Made by a program: the position numbers and the translations under genes. The notes beneath the pieces are model-generated. The model did not search any database. It was not told where the DNA came from and saw only the letters and a program-made list of their open reading frames with translations. This document shows, piece by piece, positions 1-8,531 of a DNA stretch of 34,774 nucleotides. Each line of letters begins with the position of its first letter. The stretch's first letter is position 1. Source of the DNA: Spirochaetales bacterium (GTDB lineage: Bacteria; Spirochaetota; Spirochaetia; JAGLYY01); the NCBI GenBank assembly GCA_023131935.1, contig JAGLYY010000224.1, forward strand, positions 1 to 34,774. Direction: 5' to 3'.

Positions 1-1650
1 GTGGTACTTCTTGACACCTCGGAAAGTATGTTTTCGTACTTTGAAGATACGGCTAATTATCTGATTTCCGGGATACTTTCTGACCACCTGAAATATGGCG
101 ATAATTTTCATCTTTTAAGTTTTGCTGACACACCAGAGGTGGAAATTTCCAAGCGTGTTGAGGATGAGAAAGATATTGAAGAGATTCTTGGTAGAATTCT
201 TCTTCTTCACCCCCTTGGAAAGTACACCGATCTTGTAGCAGCAATCCAGTTTCTCTACGACTATACCATGGACCTGCCGCTGCAGAGAAAAAAGACCATA
301 ATTATTCTCACCGACGGTATTCACGATCCGCCACCGGGCAGCCTCTACCCTGTTGGAGAAGAGTCCCTCGAAAGGATAAAAAACAGCGCTGCCCTCATGA
401 AACAAGAGGGATGGAACGTAAACATTTTGAAATTCCCAACTCTTCCTGAAGAACCTGGTCAGGTTCCTTCAACAGATTCCGGGGAGAATGGAGCTTCCGT
501 TCTGCAGGATCTTTCCGATTCCCTTGAAGTTGGGGTTAATGATTTCTCCACAGACGATGATGCCTTGAGTCATAAGGCAACCGGTGCACCTCAGGTTACC
601 TTTCCAGGTCACCTTGGAAAAGTTGGAAAGGAATTCAGTGTACCATTCACCATTACCAATTACCGGGATGAGCCTGTTCTTATCCAGCTTGAGCAGATAA
701 TTATTGGTACTGAAAATATTCTAATCAAACCTGTGACTATCACTATTGATCCTGAAGAGGAAAAAATCCTTAAAGGGAAAATACGGATTACCGATGACCT
801 GTATGGCGAAAGGGAAGTAAGAATACAGCTGGTATTTTCCGACGATCTTCGTATCTATCCGACTGAAGGGACACTTACATTTACCTTAAGGGAGAGCCTC
901 TTTTCCGGTAATGCCCTCAAAATCATTGGAATCATTCTCGGCATTTCACTCATTCTGTTCATCCTCGGCTGCATCTACAACTTGATAAGGAAAAAAATGG
1001 AGGATGTTTCAGGCGGAGACCTTCGCCAATTAAGTGTGGCAACAACCCAGACCTACAAAACACCTGGCGTTGTATATGGTGTAAGACAAAAACAGGAAGA
1101 AAAAGATAAGGTTTCAATAAAGAGGAAACCCGAACATAGAGGGGAACATCATAAATTGATCTTATCCGCGGATTTTGAGGTAGGTAAAACCTGGGCAAAA
1201 TTACCGCCCGCAGAGAAACAGCCGCAGGATGAGTTTTTACCCTTTATCCATTACGAACAACCTGATTTTGAGCATGAGATTTACCGTCCGGTTGAGATGC
1301 GTGTTTCAGAGCAAAATCCGCATATTGGAAGCCGTAACATCCACTTTCTCAAAGGCGGTTCACGCACAGTCGGGGGAAGAGGTTCAGATTATCTCATATT
1401 TATTACATCAATACCTGGAGTAATCGCGGAAATTCGTGAGCATGGAAAGGATTGTACTTTTATACCGAAAAACAAGGATTTCTTTCCGGAACTGAATGGA
1501 CAGCTGGATAATTGTTTAGGAAAAGAGATTAAGATAACGGCGAAGGATAAAAACGTGACGATTGTTTTCCACCGATGGGTATCGCCGCTGGAAAAGATCA
1601 ATCATGTCATGCATCTGACCGATCTGCCTGGAGATAACCGCTGGTATTAA
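1..1650 (+). CDS. VWA-domain membrane protein (VWA - Ig-like - TM - cytoplasmic degenerate FHA-like domain); probably 5'-truncated by the window edge
   Basis: Open frame from base 1. MIDAS elements DTSES (DxSxS), YTD and ILTDG are present. Beta-rich Ig-like segment at about aa 197-297, hydrophobic TM IIGIILGISLILFILGCIYNLI at about aa 308-329, and a C-terminal beta-rich domain. Confidence 0.75.
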   Translation: MVLLDTSESMFSYFEDTANYLISGILSDHLKYGDNFHLLSFADTPEVEISKRVEDEKDIEEILGRILLLHPLGKYTDLVAAIQFLYDYTMDLPLQRKKTIIILTDGIHDPPPGSLYPVGEESLERIKNSAALMKQEGWNVNILKFPTLPEEPGQVPSTDSGENGASVLQDLSDSLEVGVNDFSTDDDALSHKATGAPQVTFPGHLGKVGKEFSVPFTITNYRDEPVLIQLEQIIIGTENILIKPVTITIDPEEEKILKGKIRITDDLYGEREVRIQLVFSDDLRIYPTEGTLTFTLRESLFSGNALKIIGIILGISLILFILGCIYNLIRKKMEDVSGGDLRQLSVATTQTYKTPGVVYGVRQKQEEKDKVSIKRKPEHRGEHHKLILSADFEVGKTWAKLPPAEKQPQDEFLPFIHYEQPDFEHEIYRPVEMRVSEQNPHIGSRNIHFLKGGSRTVGGRGSDYLIFITSIPGVIAEIREHGKDCTFIPKNKDFFPELNGQLDNCLGKEIKITAKDKNVTIVFHRWVSPLEKINHVMHLTDLPGDNRWY

Positions 1651-2984
1651 AGGGATTCCAGCACCGAAAGGGCAACCTTACGTACACTGCGGTGGACTCC
1701 CTCTTCTGTTAATTCTTCAACCCGGGAGCGAAGCTCCCGGAAATTGTTTTTTTCAATCCCCCGTAACCCATAAATTTTAATTGTTACACTTTTATGATCG
1801 AGGAATTTCGCAAAAAGATCTTCGAGACGCGGGTTTTCGGCCCCGGCTAATTGTGCGCAGGTGTGATCAAGAATTAGAGATCGATCTTTTTCCCATTCCT
1901 CGGCAATAATTACCTCAATTATTTCAAGCGAGGCTGAAAGATCATGCTCTACAAGAGCTTTCAGGGAGGAAAGCCTTAGGTCAGCGGGATTTCTCTCCCC
2001 TTTGAAAAATTCCCTGAGAAAATCAAAAGACTCTTTACCTCCCAATTTCCCAAGGGCTTCAATAGATGCTGACCGAACAGGTTTATCGGGATCTCTGCTT
2101 ACTTTATAAATAAGATTTGGAACAGCGCTTCTTAAGTTTCTCTCTGCGATAGCTCCAGCGGCCTGGACCCGTACCCGCCAGAAAGAATCCCGGAGGGATT
2201 GGATGATGAGGTCGTCTACCCTACTCCCGGAAAAGTCCTTCAGGGCAGAGACGGCGTGGGAGCGAAGTATTGTGTCCTGGTCACCAAAGGCCTGCTCAAG
2301 AGCGGGAAGACTCTCCGGGGCGCCAATATTTCCCAACGCCACACAGGCGTACCAGCGCCAGGATTTTTCCTCATCATCATCCAGAAGGATATCTGTAAGA
2401 GCCTCAACAGCACCGGTATATTCAAGATTGCCGAGAGCACGGATCAGGGCCGGTTTAAGGGTTGTGGGGTACCGGGTATCTTCCAGGTGTTCAAGGAAAG
2501 ACTCCGCTACTTGGGGATTGCCGGTTTTTCCCAGGGCATTAATTGCTGCGTTTGAAAGAACTTCCTCTTCGAAATCGATAAGCTCAAGAAGAAGATCGAT
2601 GGATTCATCATCTCCATGTTCTGCAAGGTAGGAGATTGCAAGAAGAACCACCTCCTCCCGCTCCTCATCGTAATAAGCGATTATCTCTTTCGCGTCTTCG
2701 ATGGCACCATCCCATTTAATTTCCTTAAAATAATTGAAGGCCGCTTTTCTTAAAGCAGGACTGATACTGTCATGAAAAACCTGATAAACCTCTTCTTTGA
2801 AATTTTTATCCTTTTCAGAGATTAAACTCATTATGACTTCGGTTACTTCGCTGTCAATACCATATTTGAGGATCTCAATACGTTCTTCCCGGAGAGATTT
2901 TAGCTCATCATCCTCCGCGAAAGCAAAATGGGTCACTGTAATAAAAAACAGAATAATGGATAAAACCAAAAGAATGGGTTTCAC
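1647..2984 (-). CDS. Exported HEAT/PBS-lyase-like repeat protein
   Basis: Signal peptide MKPILLVLSIILFFITVTHFAFA|E. Repeated HEAT motifs (AAINALGKTG, ALIRALGNLE, YACVALGNIG, VRVQAAGAIA, VRSASIEALGKLG). GTG start overlaps the murJ stop (GTGA). Confidence 0.8.
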   Translation of the reverse strand: MKPILLVLSIILFFITVTHFAFAEDDELKSLREERIEILKYGIDSEVTEVIMSLISEKDKNFKEEVYQVFHDSISPALRKAAFNYFKEIKWDGAIEDAKEIIAYYDEEREEVVLLAISYLAEHGDDESIDLLLELIDFEEEVLSNAAINALGKTGNPQVAESFLEHLEDTRYPTTLKPALIRALGNLEYTGAVEALTDILLDDDEEKSWRWYACVALGNIGAPESLPALEQAFGDQDTILRSHAVSALKDFSGSRVDDLIIQSLRDSFWRVRVQAAGAIAERNLRSAVPNLIYKVSRDPDKPVRSASIEALGKLGGKESFDFLREFFKGERNPADLRLSSLKALVEHDLSASLEIIEVIIAEEWEKDRSLILDHTCAQLAGAENPRLEDLFAKFLDHKSVTIKIYGLRGIEKNNFRELRSRVEELTEEGVHRSVRKVALSVLESL

Positions 2985-4549
2985 GATTTCCCCCTGTGAA
3001 GAATTGTAGAAAGCATTTCAAGTCCAAGCAGCTTATATATACCAAGGGTAAGGATAACGGCACCCCCGCCGCCTCCGGCTAATAGTAGAAGATTTTTTAC
3101 GGTAAGGCCCTGCATCCACCAATCACCGGTAAACTTACGATACCACCATAGAAACAACCCAAGAAAGATAGCGGTCACTCCCACTTTCCAGAAGGTACGG
3201 AATAACAGATTCCCATGAATCACTTGTAAAGATTTTCTGACAAAGATAATCATAATGATAAACCCAATGCTGTAACTAATTGAGTTTGCGATTGACAGCC
3301 CGGTGACCTGAAGGGGTGTTTCCTTCAGCCAGAGTGAAAGAGCGATATCAAGAAAAACGACTATGGCGCTTATGATAAATGGCGTCCGGTAATCCATTTT
3401 ACTGTAAAAGAAACGCTGAAGAAAACCGAAAGCCCCAACGCTGAACATGCCGAAACAATAGCCGGTAAGTACTTTAGCAGTTAACGCGGTATTTTCAACG
3501 GTAAACGCGCCCCGAAGAAAGGCAATCGCGATTATCTCTTTGCCGAAAAGGGAAAGCACGACCGCGGAAGGGACAAGAAGCGCGAAGAGAAATCTGAGTC
3601 CATATTGAACCGATTCTCTTAGTCCATTCATGTCTCCTCGTGTAACCTGTCTGCTCATTCTCGGGAAAAGTACAGTAGTAATGGAAGCGGAAAAAATTCC
3701 GAAAGGAAGCTGCCAGAAAATAAGAGCATTCTGTAATCCTGAAACACTTCCAACATCAAGACCTGAGGCAAAAACCATGGCAATATACTGGTTTATGGTG
3801 AAGAGTGAAGAGGTTGCGACCACCGGTCCCCACTGTTTCAAGATCCTCTGGAAACGTGGGTTTTTAAAATCTAACTTGATTTTAAAATCATACCCGAGTC
3901 TTCTGAAAAGAGGTGCCTGGAAGAGGATCTGCGCGAAACCGCCCGTGAGAACTCCCAGGGCCATGGCGTATACGCCCATGGATTTGTAAAATAACAGTAC
4001 GGAGGAAATAACGAAAACAGAAAAAAGTATCGGAGTGAAGGCGGGGATAAAGAAACGTGAGTGACTGTTTAACACCGCCATAAGGACAGCACTGATACTT
4101 ATAAAAATAATGTAGTTGATAAAGAACCGGATAAGCTTTACTGAAAGGTCAATTCTCCATGGTTCCTCAAATTCTGTGAGTAATAGGATAAGGGGGCGGG
4201 CGAAAATAATAGTCAGAAGACACAAGGGCAGCAGGATGAGAAGCTGGAAGGTAAGGATGTCTCGTACCAGATTCCTGGATCCCTCCCCCTCCGGTCCCTC
4301 CAGAATGCTCTCAGAGAGAACCGGAATGAAGGCAGATGAGAGGGCACCCTCTGCCATGAGTTTTCGCAGATTGTTGGGTATTGAAAAGGTGAGGTTAATT
4401 ACATCAGCCAGACTTCCTGCCCCGAAGATTGCGGTTATTACCGCTCCGCGGACAAACCCGAGAAGACGGGAAGTGAGGGTGGTTCCCGCGACAAGGAAGG
4501 TGGACAGGGTGCTCTTGTGGATACTGCTTTCTGTGTTTTCTATTTTCAT
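2981..4549 (-). CDS. murJ: Lipid II flippase MurJ (MviN)
   Basis: SRLLGFVR, FSIPNNLRKLMAEGALSSAFIPV and QLPFGIFSASITTVLFPRMS motifs; 522 aa polytopic membrane protein. Confidence 0.95.
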   Translation of the reverse strand: MKIENTESSIHKSTLSTFLVAGTTLTSRLLGFVRGAVITAIFGAGSLADVINLTFSIPNNLRKLMAEGALSSAFIPVLSESILEGPEGEGSRNLVRDILTFQLLILLPLCLLTIIFARPLILLLTEFEEPWRIDLSVKLIRFFINYIIFISISAVLMAVLNSHSRFFIPAFTPILFSVFVISSVLLFYKSMGVYAMALGVLTGGFAQILFQAPLFRRLGYDFKIKLDFKNPRFQRILKQWGPVVATSSLFTINQYIAMVFASGLDVGSVSGLQNALIFWQLPFGIFSASITTVLFPRMSRQVTRGDMNGLRESVQYGLRFLFALLVPSAVVLSLFGKEIIAIAFLRGAFTVENTALTAKVLTGYCFGMFSVGAFGFLQRFFYSKMDYRTPFIISAIVVFLDIALSLWLKETPLQVTGLSIANSISYSIGFIIMIIFVRKSLQVIHGNLLFRTFWKVGVTAIFLGLFLWWYRKFTGDWWMQGLTVKNLLLLAGGGGGAVILTLGIYKLLGLEMLSTILHRGKS

Positions 4550-4551
4550 TC

Positions 4552-5685
4552 TTAAAGGATACCCTTCCCTGAATATCGGTGTAAAAAGCGGTTCTTATAA
4601 TCGGTAAACCCGCTATTCTGTATCGAGGCCTGGATCTCATCCATCATGGTTTTCAGGAAAAACAGATTGTGAACCGTCGCGAGCATTGGACCTAGGATCT
4701 CTTTAGATTTAAAGAGATGCCGCATATAGGAGCGTGAATAGCGTTGGCAGGTAGAACAGCCGCATTCAGGGTCGATTGGGTCATCATCGAAGCGGAACCG
4801 TTCTTTCTTCAGGGGAATAAGACCATCTTTTGTAAACACAGAGCCGTTTCGAGCTATTCTCGTAGGATAAACGCAGTCAAAAATATCAATCCCATTTTCG
4901 ACAGCCGCGAGGATGTAATCGGGAGTTCCAATACCCATAAGGTAATGGGGTTTACCGGAAGGAAGCAATTCAGCAGTATACCCCAGGTAATCAATAAATT
5001 GATTTAAGGGTTCTCCAACACTCAATCCCCCTATGGCGATTCCCGGGAAATCTATTTCAAGGAGTTCTTCAGCACTCCTGGCCCGGAGGTCCCGGAAAAA
5101 GTTTCCTTGAACTATGCCAAAAAGCTGTCCATCATATCCTTCAGAACGTTTTAACCATTCATCTTTACTTCTTTTTGCCCACCGGGTGGTAATTTCAAGC
5201 GCTTCCAGGGCTTTCCGGTAGGTTATGTCCGGTGGAGTACAAATATCCAGGCACATGAGGATATCACTCCCGAGAATTTCCTGAACATCGATAACTTTTT
5301 CAGGAGTAAGGGTATGATAAGAGCCATCGATATGGGAGCGGAAGTAAACCCCCTCCTCATTGATCTTCCTGAAAGGGGCGAGGGAAAACACCTGGTAGCC
5401 GCCAGAGTCGGTTAAGATATTGTGGTTCCAGGTGGAAAACTTATGGAGTCCTCCAGCCTCTTTCAATACCTCGATTCCCGGCCGTAAGTAAAGGTGATAG
5501 GTGTTTCCTAATATCAGTTTAAACCCGATCTTGTCCAGTGTCTCATGCGTGATCGCTTTAACCGTGGCGTTTGTGCCGACAGGCATGAAAACCGGTGTTT
5601 CGACTGGACCGTGGGGAAGATGGAGAATACCATTTCGCGCCTTCGAATCTTTATCCTGATCTATTATTTGAAAAAGCATCCTCAA
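4552..5685 (-). CDS. tgt: Queuine tRNA-ribosyltransferase (tRNA-guanine transglycosylase)
   Basis: ETPVFMPVGT, LGNTYHL, TDSGGYQVFSL, GGLSVGE, DIFDCVYPTR and Zn site CGCSTC...H. Confidence 0.97.
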   Translation of the reverse strand: MRMLFQIIDQDKDSKARNGILHLPHGPVETPVFMPVGTNATVKAITHETLDKIGFKLILGNTYHLYLRPGIEVLKEAGGLHKFSTWNHNILTDSGGYQVFSLAPFRKINEEGVYFRSHIDGSYHTLTPEKVIDVQEILGSDILMCLDICTPPDITYRKALEALEITTRWAKRSKDEWLKRSEGYDGQLFGIVQGNFFRDLRARSAEELLEIDFPGIAIGGLSVGEPLNQFIDYLGYTAELLPSGKPHYLMGIGTPDYILAAVENGIDIFDCVYPTRIARNGSVFTKDGLIPLKKERFRFDDDPIDPECGCSTCQRYSRSYMRHLFKSKEILGPMLATVHNLFFLKTMMDEIQASIQNSGFTDYKNRFLHRYSGKGIL

Positions 5686-5694
5686 GTTACCTCA

Positions 5695-6768
5695 TTATGT
5701 TCTTGCAATCCTGAATAGCCAGATCCCGGCGGCGGAAAAAAAGATAAATGGGGCCCAGGCACCAGCCATGGGTGAGATAAAACCAAGATTGGCAAAGATT
5801 ACCATTACCATCTGAAAAACGTAATATACCACCGTTAATACAAGGCTGGAAAGAAGGCTCATCAAGAGAATATTTTTCCGGAAACTACCCCCTAAAGCGC
5901 TGGATAAAAAAGTTACCATCAGCGAGGTCAGAGCAAAAGAATAACGTTTGTAATAATCGGTCAGCAGCTCACGGTGGGGCAAACCTGCCTTTCTTCTGGA
6001 TTCAATCCATTCTCCCGCTTCCGCAATTCGTAATTCCTCGACGTTTTTCATAGTTTTACGAAAGGTACCGGGGGGTCCATTAATTTTATTCTCTTTAAGC
6101 AGATTTTCCTTTTGTTCAGTTAAAAATTTTCCCTCCTGGTCCCAGGTAAAGATCCTGCAGCGGTGAAGTTCCCAGAGATTTCCATCCCAGGTAGCCCACT
6201 CAGCATCGATCCGTCGGATAAACCGCCCCTCATCGTCCCGTTCCAGGACGATGAGGCCGGAAAGGGTTTCAGAGCTGTCATTATAATAATCACAGTGATA
6301 TATAATATTTTCACCGACAACAGTAACATTCGTATTACTTTGGGACTGACGGCGTCCGAGGAATTCCCCTGTTAGCTGGTTTTTTATACGGAAGGAATCG
6401 ATAACTACAATTTCTTCAAAATAAAAACTGGCAACACTTAAGACGAGCCCGGCAAGAATCAGGGGGAGAACCAGCCGGAAGAGTGAAATCCCCGAACCAA
6501 AGACAGAAATAAGTTCATTATTCGAATAGAAAGAACCGAGAGTAAAGGCCACTGAAAAAAGGAGTGCGATGGGGAGTGCGAACATTATGCATTTCGGCAG
6601 ATAATAAACAGCAACACTTAACATCTGGGTAAAGGAAACATCATTACTTAAGTATCTCCAGAGGTTTTTAAAGAGATCGACAAGTTCTAGGACAAGCACA
6701 AAAAAGGCAAGAGCAGTGAGAAAAACCGGGAGAAAATTCTTTAGCACCATGCCATGAAGGGTTTTCAT
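5695..6768 (-). CDS. lptG: LptF/LptG family permease (LptG-like)
   Basis: LPIALLFSVAFTLG...SNNELIS..GSGISLFRL signature; 3 TM + periplasmic domain + 3 TM. Start moved to ATG 6768, which forms an ATGA overlap with the upstream stop. The F versus G assignment rests on gene order. Confidence 0.8.
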   Translation of the reverse strand: MKTLHGMVLKNFLPVFLTALAFFVLVLELVDLFKNLWRYLSNDVSFTQMLSVAVYYLPKCIMFALPIALLFSVAFTLGSFYSNNELISVFGSGISLFRLVLPLILAGLVLSVASFYFEEIVVIDSFRIKNQLTGEFLGRRQSQSNTNVTVVGENIIYHCDYYNDSSETLSGLIVLERDDEGRFIRRIDAEWATWDGNLWELHRCRIFTWDQEGKFLTEQKENLLKENKINGPPGTFRKTMKNVEELRIAEAGEWIESRRKAGLPHRELLTDYYKRYSFALTSLMVTFLSSALGGSFRKNILLMSLLSSLVLTVVYYVFQMVMVIFANLGFISPMAGAWAPFIFFSAAGIWLFRIART

Positions 6769-8039
6769 CGCCGAAACCTCAGGAAAAATACAATACTGCC
6801 AATGAGAAATATAAACATATTCGGGAACCACATTGAAAGTAAGGGGCTGTAGTTCATCCGGATGCCCAGGGTTTTACCTCCTATGAGCATTGCCCAGTAG
6901 AAAACAGAAATTAATAACCCGATACCGAATCCGACGGAACGGCCTCCTCTTTTAGTAAATAAACCAGCAGGATATGCGAGAAAAACAAAGGCGAGACAGG
7001 CAAAGGGTACAGAGAACTTAGTATGAAATTCGAGCAGGTGATTTTGGAGGGACCTGTCCTGGATAGGCATCCTCTGAAGGTCATCGAGTTTGTTGAGAAT
7101 GGTTTTCAACGAGGTTTCCTGGGAGGGCAGTCCGAGAGCTCCCCAGTAGATCTGTTTTAGTTTAGCTCTTTCCCATAAAACCTGTTTCTCATGTGCCTTT
7201 TCCTTTTCAGTAAGGCGTTGTTTCTTCTCCACGATTTCCCGCCAGACATCGACAGAACTCATCTCTTTTGGAGAGAGGCTTGTGATTGAAAAAGTGATGT
7301 CTTTTAACAAAATGTTATAATCCATTGCATCAGCGGTAAAATAGGTGAAGTCGTGTCCTTTTCGTGAATCAGAAGTATGACTGAAAATATCCGATAGTTT
7401 CAGTGATATTACACCCTCCTGGCTCTCACTCCTTGTTAAAAAGGCCTCTCTCGCGGTAATTATCCGCCTGTCTTTCTCCGGGGTTTTATCAATGATAACA
7501 AGGTCCTCTATTACCTTTCCCTCAACTCTGCCGGGAATAATGATACTATCCTGATATCTTTTAATAGTATTTGATTCCAGTTCCAGCTCAGGATTTGAAT
7601 AGAGAATTTCCCGGAACAGCCGGCTGAAATTAATTGTTCCCAGAGGAAGGAAATAATCATTCATGACAAAAGAAACCATGGAAAAGAGGATTCCAAGGAT
7701 AACGAATGGGACAAAAAGTTTTGAATGGGAGATCCCCGAGGCCTGCATTGAGAGGATCTCGTTATCTGAGGAAAACCTGCCGATAGCCATCAGGCCCCCA
7801 ACAAGAGAGGCGAAGGGGAAAGAGAAGGCGATAATTGCCGGGAGGGAATAAATAATGATGAGAACTACCTTGAAGAAAGGAACATTTTTCGAAAGTATAT
7901 CCTCAGCAAGCAGGAGAAGATGATTTAGAAAGAAGATAAAAAAGAAAAAGAGGAAAGCTACAAAGAAGGAAAACAGGTACTCCTGTCCGAGGTAGAGACT
8001 GATAGTCATGTACCTGGGTTTCCGTAATGACAGCTTCAT
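6765..8039 (-). CDS. lptF: LptF/LptG family permease (LptF-like)
   Basis: GRFSSDNEILSMQASGIS signature, EFHTKFSVPFACLAF and RGGRSVGFGIG; tandem with a second LptF/G gene. Confidence 0.8.
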   Translation of the reverse strand: MKLSLRKPRYMTISLYLGQEYLFSFFVAFLFFFFIFFLNHLLLLAEDILSKNVPFFKVVLIIIYSLPAIIAFSFPFASLVGGLMAIGRFSSDNEILSMQASGISHSKLFVPFVILGILFSMVSFVMNDYFLPLGTINFSRLFREILYSNPELELESNTIKRYQDSIIIPGRVEGKVIEDLVIIDKTPEKDRRIITAREAFLTRSESQEGVISLKLSDIFSHTSDSRKGHDFTYFTADAMDYNILLKDITFSITSLSPKEMSSVDVWREIVEKKQRLTEKEKAHEKQVLWERAKLKQIYWGALGLPSQETSLKTILNKLDDLQRMPIQDRSLQNHLLEFHTKFSVPFACLAFVFLAYPAGLFTKRGGRSVGFGIGLLISVFYWAMLIGGKTLGIRMNYSPLLSMWFPNMFIFLIGSIVFFLRFRR

Positions 8040-8042
8040 GGC

Positions 8043-8480
8043 TTAAAGACCGCTTGAGCCAAAACCTCCACTACCCCGCCTGGTTTCGGACAGCATTTCA
8101 ATAAAATTGAACTGGCCCTGTACTACAGGGGCGACAATAAGCTGGGCGATACGATCGCCATCATCAATGATATAATCTTCCTGACCCAGGTTAATCAGTA
8201 TAATTTTCACCTCTCCACGGTAATCTGAATCGATAGTCCCCGGAGAATTCAGTACGGTAATACCTTTTTTCAAGGCAAGCCCGGACCGGGGTCTTACCTG
8301 GGCCTCATAACCTTCCGGAATCTGCAGCTTAATCCCCGTTGGGACCAGGACCCGCTCCATGGAGCGAATAGTGAGAGGTCCATCAAGGCGTGCTTTCAGG
8401 TCAGCACCTGCGGCATGTTTCGAAGTGTATTCCGGGACATGACCGGATTCAGATGTATAATCAATGATGATTTCGCGCAT
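8043..8480 (-). CDS. dut: Trimeric dUTP diphosphatase
   Basis: AGADL, QVRPRSGLA, GTIDSDYRGE, RIAQL and RGSGGFGSSG motifs. Confidence 0.97.
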   Translation of the reverse strand: MREIIIDYTSESGHVPEYTSKHAAGADLKARLDGPLTIRSMERVLVPTGIKLQIPEGYEAQVRPRSGLALKKGITVLNSPGTIDSDYRGEVKIILINLGQEDYIIDDGDRIAQLIVAPVVQGQFNFIEMLSETRRGSGGFGSSGL

Positions 8481-8490
8481 GCTAAATTAA

Positions 8491-8515
8491 CCCTGGAGGA
8501 TGGTATCCTCCAGGG
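8491..8515 (-). terminator. Strong hairpin between pnp and dut (probable leaky terminator or processing stem)
   Basis: Perfect inverted repeat CCCTGGAGGAT-N3-ATCCTCCAGGG followed on the minus strand by TTAATTT. Confidence 0.6.
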
Positions 8516-8531
8516 CTGTTATCCCTTTTTC

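Noticed and set aside
6769-6831. Longer N-termini in the ORF track for lptG (likewise rimP 16876, rpsO 10959, queA 30878, tmk 28544)
   Set aside because: Downstream ATGs fit better with SD spacing, stop/start overlaps or family N-termini.
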